From Antedon mediterranea (Eukaryota > Animalia > Echinodermata), in contig NC_092670.1 in the NCBI RefSeq assembly GCF_964355755.1, positions 16,106,795 through 16,170,794 of the forward strand: DNA of 64,000 nt. Direction: 5' to 3'. Of this stretch, positions 22,054-33,331 are shown in pieces. The notes below the pieces were generated by a model that did no database searches, was not told the DNA's origin, and saw only the letters and a program-made list of their open reading frames with translations. Position numbers and translations under genes: made by a program. Within the stretch, counting starts at the first letter, position 1. The number at the start of each line of letters is the position of its first letter.

Positions 22054-25000
22054 ATGGAAAGAGATGCAGATTTTCTTGGCCGTTACCGAAGCATTTCTGG
22101 AAAACTTAAAAGGTATTTTATAGAACAAACAAACGTATAAATAGTCAAGTTATTAAAATAAACATTAAGATTAAAAGTATATGTAGTGTATTCACTTTTA
22201 AAACCATGTATAAGCTAGGCCCTATAGGCCTACATAACTAAAGCTTGTTGCAGACTAATATGACAGCTGACCGCGCCTACTTTCTACCCGAACACTGCAC
22301 TAGTGATACGCCTACGCTGGCCTAGCTAATTTAATCGGCTAGTGGTAGAGTAGGATTAAACATAGGAGTTTTTTATCCTCTCTACGATGGTTTATGTTTA
22401 AAATCACCTGAATGTAGATAATAATAATATTAATATAGGTAAATTCTTCTAGGCCTATCATAATCAATGTATTTTAATTTATAATATAACATATTTTTTG
22501 TAGACGCTTCCTTCGTAGAAAATATTAATATAGGTAAATTCTTCTAGGCTAGGCCTATCAATGTATTTTAATTTATAATATAACATATTTTTTGTAGACG
22601 CTTCCTTCGTAAACCCAATGTTTCTGAAGCTATCGGACAATTCAGTAAGTCTCTTTTTGTTAATGTTAACGAACCAATTTTGTTAATGTCATATAATTAA
22701 TTATGCCATTTAACTTATTTAATTTGATTGGTGCTTTTTTACAGATGCTTTAGGGAAAGTGCTTGAACTGCAGGAATGTTCCCAATATGCTGGACTCTGC
22801 TGCTTAGCAATGGCAAGGTGAAGTTTTCAGTAAAAGAAACTCATTAGTCAAAAGTTAGCTCTGTACATTGCTCTCTCATGCTTCAGATTTTACTAAGACT
22901 GAGCGAACTCTCAGATTTTCATTTTTTCTGAATTTTACACATGCTTTAAACCAGGAAGTGAATTTAAACTTTATTTTTAAACTAGTATTAGTAACACTGA
23001 ATAATAGGGAGTTTTCGCAATCTTACGAATACGTTAACAAAAACGGATACGTCACGAACACTTATTTGTTTTTTGTAAGCCAGTAAAAATCTGTTTCGCA
23101 TGGCAACGAAATATTGAGGGCGCCGTCCAAAATATGACTGCGGTAAATTTGAGCGAAGCGCAGATATGTGTTGCTTGGTGCTTGGCTGCCTAGGCCTAGC
23201 GTAACATCAAAGCGAGTGAGAACTTTAAAAACTGCTATTTATCAAAATTGACCTGGCATTTTAGTAAATTACTTTAGTAAATTATCTTCAATAAAAGTAT
23301 AATTATATTATAATCATGAATCATTCCTGATTCAAATGCAAAATGTGCAAAATAGATCAAAAACTATACTCATTTTGTAGTTACGAATATGACTGGTGAT
23401 ATTCGTCAACACGAATGCGCTTTACGAATTTGAAATAATGATCAGCTCAAAAGTTTAAAAAATGTGTGACGTATCCGTTTTCGTTATCGTATTCGTAAGG
23501 TTGCGAAAACTCCCTAATAATAACATCATTTTTATGTCCATTTAATTTATTATTTGTTTTAATCAGGTGTGAACACACCTTAGCTAATGCACCAGGAGAA
23601 GCAAGTGCCCTTGTGAACGCAGCACAACATTTCCTGGAGGCAGAAAATGTTGATCAAAGTACAAGTTGTCCAAACTTTGAAGAACACCTATCAGCTGCCA
23701 TCAACTGCTATGGTCATGCAATTAAGGTACGAGAAACTATTTATAGATATGTTGGAATATCTTGTTTATGTAACTAGTTAATGAAAGACTAAACATTTTG
23801 GCAAATTTAAGCCTAATGCAGGTCAAATTAGCAATTGAAATGACAGGTACCTATCTCTTGTACAGTATGCTAACAACAGTGAAAACACATGTGGTCGTTT
23901 TTGCTAAGCACACTTGACATCACAACAATTTACAGCGACGGCTGTACAGAGAGCGTGCGCGGTGGAATCGTAAATCTCGCAATTTTTCTGAAATCATATG
24001 TACATCCCTAATAAAACTAATATGGTAAAGATGTCCTAAGCTCCTTTATGTTGAAACTTATCAATGTTCTACTTAATAATAACTTTTTCGTTATTTTCAG
24101 GTGTATATTGAACAGAAACAACCTGCCTTGGCTGCAACATTGTGTCTGAGATTGGCCAATAGTTTGAAGGTACAATGTTCTCCACATCTCCACCACCCAT
24201 CACAACAATGTACAATCACTCCTCCAAAAATTTCTCCTTTTACAGTCCAAGAACGTCAAATACATATTCAAAAGTAAAAAAATGTAAAAAATTTCTCTTA
24301 TACTTGCATTTATATTTTATTCTTTAAATACGTTATTGATTTTTAAAGGGCTTAAAGAAAGCTGGCGAGGCCTCACTACACTACCAGCGTGCAGCACAGT
24401 TACAATATCAGGTACGCTATAATACAAATTTAAATATGATAATTCATTGGAAACAAATATATAAATTGATGGGCAGGGTTCATTTCTATTACAGTACATA
24501 CATTTATTAAAATTTTTATATACTGTAAATTTTACTGTTGAACCTCCTATTTTATTAAACCTTGTTTATTGAGGGTGACCCAAAACAGCATGTGCTGAAA
24601 TATATTGAAAACGTTGTGATCGTCTGGTTTGTTGACAGTGACCTGCGGTAGGCCTATTTAAAAAGTCTCAGACAGTAGCTGAATATATCTTACAAGTTCG
24701 GAAATAAGCAGCTGCTGTGCACGATTTATTTTTTATCGAGGGTGACCCAAAACAGCATGTGCTGACAGTCAAGGGTCCCCACATAAAAATAAGATAAAAT
24801 GACATAATAAAATATATAGACAACGCAAAACTATCATAAGACAAAACATATAAACATACATGTGTACTTATTATTTGCCTATAGAATCCGCTGGATTGTT
24901 TGCATTCAATGAACCAAGTAGCTGATTGTAAAATTGAGTTATGTAAGTTATATATTTTTTTTTTTTTTTTCTTACAGTCCCAATTATAGTTTATTCCAAT

Positions 25001-28000
25001 TTACTGTATATGTTGCTAGCCTGGACCAATTTTCCCCATGACAATATTTGTTATTACTGTATATGTAAAAAAATAGATCAGTTAATATAGATAACGATGT
25101 TGTACCACGCGTTCGATATTGCAAACACCTCGGTATCATAATAGACGAACATTTATCATGGAAAAATCAGATTGAATACATTCGAGGTAAAGCTCTAAAT
25201 GGATTGGGTATGCTTAGACGATGTAGCTATTATTTTCCACAAAACATATTAAAACATATTGCAAACTCTATTGTAATACCTTACTTGAGCTATTGTAACA
25301 TAATTTGGGGAAATAGTAGTCAAACTCTAATGAAAAGAGTTCAAACTATACAAAACAGAACAGCTCGAATCGTGTGTGGTCTAACATGGGACACACCTAG
25401 TAGTGAGGCACTAAGGCAAATTAATTGGTCACCTTTATTTTATCAAGATAGATATGAATGTTGTATGGTTATATATAAGGTTTTGACAGATAATGCCCCA
25501 CCTTACCTAAATAATGTATTTACATTCAATGATATAAATTATAATCTAAGGCACAGTGATACACATCTATTCATCCCAAAGCCAAAAACCGATTTAAAAA
25601 AACGAAGTCTGTCTTATCGTGGAGCAATTATATGGAATAGTCTCAAGGTTGATACCCTTCCAAATTCAGTTAAGTTGTTTAAAACGTATCTGAAAAATGC
25701 ATTGTAAAACATAATGGTATGGTAATCTACGATCTACATCCAACTTTTAAAATGGCTAAATACTATGTAAAATGTGTGTTTTATCACTATTATTTTAAGG
25801 TAAATGAAATCCAAAAGATTTATTATGTATTACAGTTGAATCCCCATGAATTCTACACTTCGATAAGGGTTTCCGTTTACACTGGAAGTACCGGTATGGT
25901 GTACCCTAAATAGAGGTGTCAGATGAAGGGGATTCTGCTGTAATTTTGTTTCTTTTCAATTTCAATTTTTTTCGTTTCTGTTGTATTTATATGGTGTTGA
26001 TTTTTTGTTGTTTTGTAATACAGTATCACGAACTTGTGTAAAAACAATCAATATTGATTGAACGAGTTGTACTGCACATCAGTCTCGTGTCTAAATAAAG
26101 TTTATATATATGTACACATGTTTAGAATATGAGCACTGTTTCAATACTTTGACAATATTATTTTATTATTTACACAGTGCTACGCAACACAATTGATTTA
26201 CATATACATAGCAAATTAGCTATTAGGACATGTTTACATAAATTATAATTGCTGCTTTGTTCCAATTTCCATATTTAAAATAAAATGCACAAGTTGTAAA
26301 GCGTGGTTCCCACTAGAGCGAGGCACAGAGACGTCTTGACGCAAAGTGATGTAATGCGTATCACAAGTGGGAACTGACGACGAAACAGTGCTGCAAAAAT
26401 CGCAGATTTGATTTCACGCAGGCGGGACAAACACAGTTATTGGATAAGCATTTTCTTACAGTGCATAGGTTACGTTGCGTCGCTAGTGGGAACCCAGCTG
26501 TAGTCATTATCAGAGATTTCATTTTCCAGGTGACTATGATGGTGCACTGGCCGTGATGACAGAGATGGAATATTTAGCCAGAGAGAGAATGACCATTGGT
26601 TTGAATGGTCGTCCAGTTGGAGCTTTCCTGGACATACTGTCCAACTGTGAGATCAGTAGAGTGCTGCTTCTTATGCTATTACAGGTTCGGTTTTGAAATC
26701 ATTTTACTGTCATTTATAGAATGCAACCAAATTGATATGTGAAACTATTTAAAATACTTACATAAACTCTCGGATAAGGACTATAAACCATAAATCCAGT
26801 GTACATATCATGTGAACTGTAAAGAACATAGTACATCTTTCGAGTAGGGGGTTACCCCGGTGTACTAGTACATTACAGTAACTGGTCATAACTGGGCCCT
26901 CTGGGAGACCAGTCTTTGACTGAAGAGGTCGCCCAGTATAAATTAATGATATCAATCAACTATTCTACTTTTTAAAAAAATGATTATATTATTATTTTTA
27001 GCCAACGCCTCAGCGAATTCGACCTGAGCATGCCCAGACGCTGGAACGATACTCGTGGGAGAGTAATGAAGATTCAACTCCAGGTAAGATCTTTGCATTT
27101 GTTGTATTAATTTGTTTTCAACTTTTGCTTTTTGTTAAAAAAGTTGCTAAATTTGATTTCATATTTTGTTTTTCAGATTGTTTAAGTGAAACGTTATTTC
27201 TACTACTCCAGTCATTAGTTGTAAGTATCTTTTGTTTGCACAAAAAATAAATATACACAAACTATTAATGTGAACAAAAATATGAAGCTTAGAGTAAATA
27301 TTAGAATATTTGTACCCAGGACATGTATTTCTTTTCATACAGAAGTTGGGTGACCCTTCATGAAACGTCACAAAATAAACATGAATTTTCATTAGTCATA
27401 TCCATAAGGTGTGACGTAAGAATTGATCTAACTAAAATTTGCTAATGCAAACTTTTTCTGTCGAGCCATCTGTGTAGTTGAAGGGATTAGACTATAGACT
27501 TTGCATGTCGATGTGTGTGGTTCAAATCCCATGAACAACTTCTTTTTACTTTATTGTGAGAGGGGGAGAGAACGCGATTATTTAGAGTGTTGGGTTAAGT
27601 TATATTTAGGAAGTAGTTCCGCTATCTTTCACATAACATAAGGAGTCCCCAACTTATGTACGAAAAAAAAAATTGCACCCAAAACACCCCATACTAAATG
27701 ACAAGCATCTTAAACTTCTTTTCACATCACCTGACAAAACTCCACAGAGTTTTTTTAGGTGGTGTGAAAGGGGTACTAACCACCAGACTATGATACAGTA
27801 GTGCCAATTGTATAGTAAGTATTTCTTATGTGTTTTGTTTAGATGGCTTGTCAATCTAGAGATACTGAAGCATTAACTGCATTACAACAAGATCTATGGT
27901 GAGACATTCTTATATTATTCTAAATTAATTATGTATATCCACAGTACAGGTATGGATATTGTCATTCATCCAGGTAGTATTAAGTTTGGAAAATTAAATA

Positions 28001-28290
28001 AAATAAACTTGTATAGTAACCGGTGCGTTTCACGACCTATCCCGGTCGTATCATCAAGCCGAATAATGATAGAAATTATGACGATTGGTCTGTGACCTGT
28101 GACGGGGTTGAGGGGAGTATCCACAGTAAATAAAATATGAAAAATAAGCCTTATGTTTAATAAAAAGCTATATGAAATTTCTGTTTTATTTTTCTATAGG
28201 CCTTTATTATCGTCAACACATAATCACCTTTTACATCTTATAATCAAGACACTTAGCAACCCAGCCACACTCAGTATGGAAGAAACGTAG
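22054..28290 (+). CDS. F8A1: 40-kDa huntingtin-associated protein (HAP40 / factor VIII intron 22 protein); exons 22054..22112, 22598..22644, 22745..22817, 23567..23727, 24101..24169, 24349..24411, 24885..24942, 26530..26684, 27002..27082, 27177..27220, 27843..27898, 28200..28290
   Basis: Spliced translation [35 protein letters not shown]...YAGLCCLAMARCEHTLANAPGEASAL...CDYDGALAVMTEM...CEISRVLLLMLLQP...[20 protein letters not shown]...LWPLLSSTHNHLLHLI matches the recalled HAP40 hallmarks ([37 protein letters not shown]). None of these exons appear in the ORF track. Confidence 0.92.
23006..23515. mobile_element. Non-autonomous DNA transposon, ~50-bp TIR AGGGAGTTTTCGCAA..., 3-bp AAT duplication
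   Basis: AAT|AGGGAGTTTTCGCAATCTTACGAATACG...CGTATTCGTAAGGTTGCGAAAACTCCCT|AAT in HAP40 intron 3. Confidence 0.85.
25075..26105 (+). mobile_element. 5'-truncated non-LTR retrotransposon (CR1/L2 group) with the C-terminal part of ORF2 and 3' UTR
   Basis: KHLGIIIDEHLSWKNQIEYI...LSYCNIIWG...IQNRTARIV...APPYL...YNLR...SLSYRGAIIWNSL...FKTYLK* (ORF 25204..25707 plus upstream frame). The tail ends CTAAATAAAG. Confidence 0.85.
25833..25940. mobile_element. Small Tc1/mariner-pogo-type MITE nested in the LINE 3' UTR
   Basis: TA|CAGTTGAATCCCC...GGGGATTCTGCTG|TA. Confidence 0.65.
26299..26500. mobile_element. MITE family (TIR ~GGTTCCCACTAG..CG); related degenerate pieces near 13490-13660, 19460-19590 and 53690-53840
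   Basis: GGTTCCCACTAGAGCGA...TCGCTAGTGGGAACC inverted ends. The other pieces share GTGATTGGTCAA.TCACTTG and GGGAAC ends. Confidence 0.55.
26765..26945 (+). mobile_element. SINE body/tail remnant
   Basis: CTCGGATAAGGACTATAAACC...TAAAGAAC...TTCGAGTAGGGG resembles the core of invertebrate tRNA-derived SINEs, followed by a LINE-like tail. Recognised from memory only. Confidence 0.4.
27463..27546 (+). mobile_element. Degenerate tRNA-like SINE head / tRNA pseudogene
   Basis: A-box-like TGTAGTTGAAGG and B-box GGTTCAAATCCC at tRNA spacing. No complete cloverleaf. Confidence 0.4.
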
Positions 28291-31200
28291 AAGATTTACA
28301 CATGGCATTTTTTTTTTTTGTGGTCTCTGATGTACTCATGTAAACTCATATGTTGTCAATACTATATTTGCACTTAATTTTTAGATATAATTAAGTTATA
28401 ATATAAATAATTATGTATATGTTAATATATTAAACTGTGCAATAATGTACATTTAAAAAAAACTAGTTTCGATTATTTCATTCTTTCACTTTCAAGTACA
28501 AAAGTATAAAATCATCAACGGAAGTTGATTTTTTTTGTCTACTCATAACATTCAATCTATCTTTGACTAATTGTAGGACTATACAGACATGGCTGTCTTT
28601 TATAACTAATGTTATTGTAAAATTATATTCTGCATATTTCAACATTACCTTCACATTAACCTTAACAAAACCTCGGGTTATGAAGTTGCACCATATTTGC
28701 CATAAAAGGTACGCCCTCTATATTTAGATCCAATAATAACCGCAATAACTGATCCAGGGCAGTGTAAAAGGTATTCCCTTGATGGTGACAACAACAACGT
28801 GATATATGAGATACCAGCAACAACAACTCTCACGTGCTCTATAAATAACTCGACACTTAAGAGGTGAGAACGACATGTTTGGTAAACAATTCTTTAGGGG
28901 GGTGCGTGCCATCCAATCATAGAACGGCACGGATGGTATTGACCAATCAAAATCGTCATCTAAATATCATGAATATGAATATTATTACCTGATTTAAATA
29001 CTAGCTAAATAGATCAAATTATAGTGACCTGATGTGACCCCAACGATAGTGTAATAACCGGGAATGGAAAAAGCATATAAACCAGTAACACGATATAAAG
29101 ATAATAGCTTTCGGATGTGATGACACTCTGCGACACCTAAAAAAGGTTCTCCTGTATTGTTTTGAAGAAGTAGTTTTTCTAGTAGGCCTACTGTGTACAC
29201 TCTGGCCATTCTAAAACTTCTGACAAATTCCCTTATTTTCTTTCTCTTTCTTTCTTATTTTACCTATAAATATAAATTATAAACATTGTAACATACAAAT
29301 AATAATAATTTTATCAAGGAAAGGGCTAAAAAATAGTTAAAACTAATCAAGTTCAGCGCCTAAACATTGAAATATAAATAGCTTACAAGGCAACTAGAAT
29401 TTATTGTGAAAAATCAAAATGTGTTAAAGCTAGAAAAGCCTATATATTTCCATCCATGATTTCGTTTTTAAACAATGCAACTAGAATTTAATGAAACGTA
29501 TACTTTAGTAACAATTTCGGCTTTATATTAAAATTTACAAACAAACTTTAAAATGTCACTATGTACTACAAATTTGGAAAAAGAAGTCCGTATGTTTATT
29601 TAATTTCTGCATAAGGATTTCTTCCATTTTCATCTTCATATAAACATTTGTGTAACGAAAATGAACTTGCCCTAATTTCTAATAATTTCCAAATTACCTC
29701 TGCCAACTCAACCATGAAATTATCCCGCTTATGCCATCCATATGGACCTTAATAATTTAAACGTAGGCATTACTTGAAGACCAATGACAAAAACGGAAAT
29801 TGCCATGGAATACGATCTGTGAAATTGATAATAATAGGTAAGGCGTAAGGTCTAGGCCTACGTACGTATGAATTTCCAAAATGATGTACTGTACTGTATT
29901 CGTAACAAACAATATTAGTTGCCATTCTCATCCATATACGATTTAGCCTGGGGTGGGTTTCATCAAGGTCAAAACCATAGTAGGCCTATTATTAGCTGTT
30001 TTATCCCTAGCATTATGTGTATATTTTGCACAAAAATAAGAAAAAACAGGTTAATTAAATCCAAAGGCAAATACTGAAAACAGAAATGACAATTCAATGG
30101 GAATATATAGATAATATATAGTAAATCAAATAAACAGACGATGATCAAAGAGCTAAATAAAAAAACGTCACAATAGGAGAAATTATTTATATAAACAAGA
30201 ATTTAAAACCCTTAAATAAACAAAACGAATTAAAAGCAATTCAATATATATATATATATACTGTCCTCATTGATAATTTGTCCGGAGAAATTTTAAGTGT
30301 CAACTTAACACGGTAATTCAATACCTATTAATGTATACAGGATAGAGTTCACAATGTAAAAGTTACAAAAGTGATGCCAGTTATCATTGATTTGTACAGA
30401 GACTCAGGAATGATTCCGTAATAGATTATATCATAAACATATGCCTCGGCCTATAAAGTCAAAGAAGATGTGACACGTGTGTTCAAATTGCAGTACTGTA
30501 TCCTAATTATAAATTTGTAATGACAAATTGAAACAAGTTTGCAGATCTAAAATATTGAGACGGAATCGAGTCTTGGACTGTAGTATACTTGATGTTTTCC
30601 TCCTTAATTATAACTCTTACCACTCATTTGTTAATATGCTTTAGTTGTTGACTCAATAATATGCTTTTAGAAGTCGAATTTAAACTGATTTTTCAAAAGA
30701 AACATAATTAATTAAGTTTAAGTTGTGTTTTGTGATTATAATGCTTGTTATGAAAGATAGCATTTTTCTAATAGCCAAGGCTGTCCCGCAATCGACATCC
30801 TCTGGATTAAACTATTCTTATATTGTCGGTTTTTTTTAAAGAATCGAACTTGTTATGAACTTTTTAAAATCCTTTAATTGAGTAATTGAATATCGTTTTA
30901 AGTACAATGACCAAACCGTCCACCGGTTTAAAAATACAATGAACTTAACTGTCCTCTTTCCAACGTGGGACAACAATTCATTCAAATGTATATATTGTTG
31001 TTTCAGCAACAACGTCTCCATTTTCTATCATGGATTCCCCATTCTCATTTCTCTTTTTTATTTATTGAATGAATGTTCGCATTCTATGTCATGTTATATA
31101 CAGCAACAGTCTCACAAATGAGAGAGTTCTGAGATTACATTACGACCTTCAACATTGTAAAATACCACTTCATCAACATGATACTGTTCAGAACGTAGGC

Positions 31201-33331
31201 CTACTCGTTGAGACTTTCCAGTTTACAAGTTGGCAACTTCAATGTTCTTTTCTGTGATATGATGTATATGAATTTGAAACCAAACCAGTTCAGTAATATC
31301 TCCATGCTCATTTCTTTTTTAATGGTATTCTATTTCACGTATTACCAGTCAAACATAAATGTGCAGAATATTCCGAGGTACATTACGAACTTCAACATTG
31401 TAAAATGTCACTTCATTCAACATGGCTTAGGCTGTTCAGCACATTTGTACTCTAAAAGTTTTCGGTTTCGATGTTTCTTTTCTGTGGTATTGAAAATTAA
31501 AGAAAATATTCCATGGTCTTATATTTTGTTAAATGTTTTATTTTTTTTTTCTTTTCTTTTTAAAGTTTAAAATAACATTTTCTCTCTTTAAAGTTAAACT
31601 CACGGATGTATCTCTCAACCTGTAACTTCACATTAAAATTATATTACCTTCACGTAATATTTTTTTTCCATAGAAAATACAACCAAATGTATACAATACG
31701 CCTATGTTCATCTAATGTAAATGTAACTTTACTATTATACATTCCTAAACAAATTCAGTAAAGTTCTACACTGAGCAAACAATTTTTGTCAGAATGTCGT
31801 CAAGTGCATAAAAATATATTCTTTGATTTAAAAAACAAAAATCTTAATCCCCTTCAGAATCGTTAATCTATCAACTAATACTGAAAGTGGTAAAGAATGT
31901 TTAACATCACATGAACAACATGGACGTTAAAAGAAAAACATTTCAACATTTTCTTCCGTAACAGATTGACGATTGTTTTGACCTATGACCTATTAAGCTT
32001 GAACCGAAATAACCGTGGGGTAAATGTGGCTGTAAACAGACAACTTTGAATAAACAGTATAATACTGTAGAGTCAACAGTTAACTTGACTTTCTATTAGT
32101 ATATATCATATTACCAATGGCATATGGTGGTATTTATATAACTTGAATAGGCCTATATTTAAATCATATGGCTGTATTCCCCAAACACTAATATTTAAAC
32201 TAAAAAAAAGTATATAAAAGTATTTTAAAGTGTAATTAAAATTACATTGGTGGTATTTATATAACTTGAATAGGCCTATATTTAAATTACATTGCCGTAT
32301 TCCCCAATCAAGGGAAACACTAATTTTTAAAATAAAAAAAAATGTCTAGATAAAATTGAAAACACCTTCATTAAATTAAAATAGGGTACTAGCTAGCTAT
32401 TGGTGGTGAATATGGCCTCTCTTGCTTCTAACAGAGAATACACTTTCAGTATGACAACTTTTTTTATCCAAAATACTGAATTTGAATTATACCTAAACAT
32501 TTTTATATCCAATATAATTTATATTTAACAAAAAGATTTTCGGTAAATATTTATCATAAAATTTGGAAAACTTCAGTTTTTCTACGTACCAATTATATAA
32601 CAATGATATTAAATGATAAAGTTTTAATAATTTTAAACAGTTCATTTTACTATAGGCATGTTTAAGCCCAATTACAAGTATTCAATATCAATTAAAAAGC
32701 ACCAACTTTTTTTTTATTATTTAATCAAAATTTTCTTTAAAAAATTGTCAACTTCTATGTAGAATAAAAAGTGCATAAAAAGCACAACATTTATCATTTT
32801 ATTTTTGGTATTTCTTTCCATTATTCAGAGTATGTAACTTATTTTATACCAGAATTAAATTTACAAACAATCAAATCCATTCAGCTTTTAAAGCTTACTT
32901 AACTTTCATCTAAAAAAGAAAATTATTTTTTGTTGTTTTCTAATAATAAAAATAAAACAAATTCAAACAAGTAAATTAATTATTAGGCTCGTTTTCCATT
33001 TGTCTCAAAATTCAATTAAAATAATTCTTTGTAGATAAAATTAAACCTTCTACGGTCTTTTTTAAAAAATAAAATATTCTTCTCAGATAAAAAGTCTTTT
33101 TCATGCAGCATTATAATTAATATTATTTGTGCAGCAGCTTTCACCTCACTTCACTGATGATAATTTATCCCTTCAGTGTGCTACTTGACCCTACATAAAG
33201 TTCAAAGTTCATGTCTTCCTCTGTAAAGGTCTTGCGTTCTTTATGTATCATCCAGGGTTCACATCAAGGCAAGCAACCAGCCAAGAAGTTTGCAGCATCA
33301 ATGCAGCTAGCTCAACCTCTGCAACTTCAAC

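Noticed and set aside
27463-27546. Functional tRNA gene
   Set aside because: A and B boxes are present, but the acceptor and anticodon stems do not pair convincingly. Treated as a SINE or pseudo-tRNA.
28724-29209. Gene or promoter around the twin CCAAT boxes at ~28912 and ~28943
   Set aside because: No exon chain or protein motif could be linked to them.
30790-31570. Protein-coding gene from the cluster of short ORFs
   Set aside because: No consistent splice chain. It contains a local duplication (~31139 and ~31381) and at most a faint, decayed LINE-like C-terminus on the - strand.
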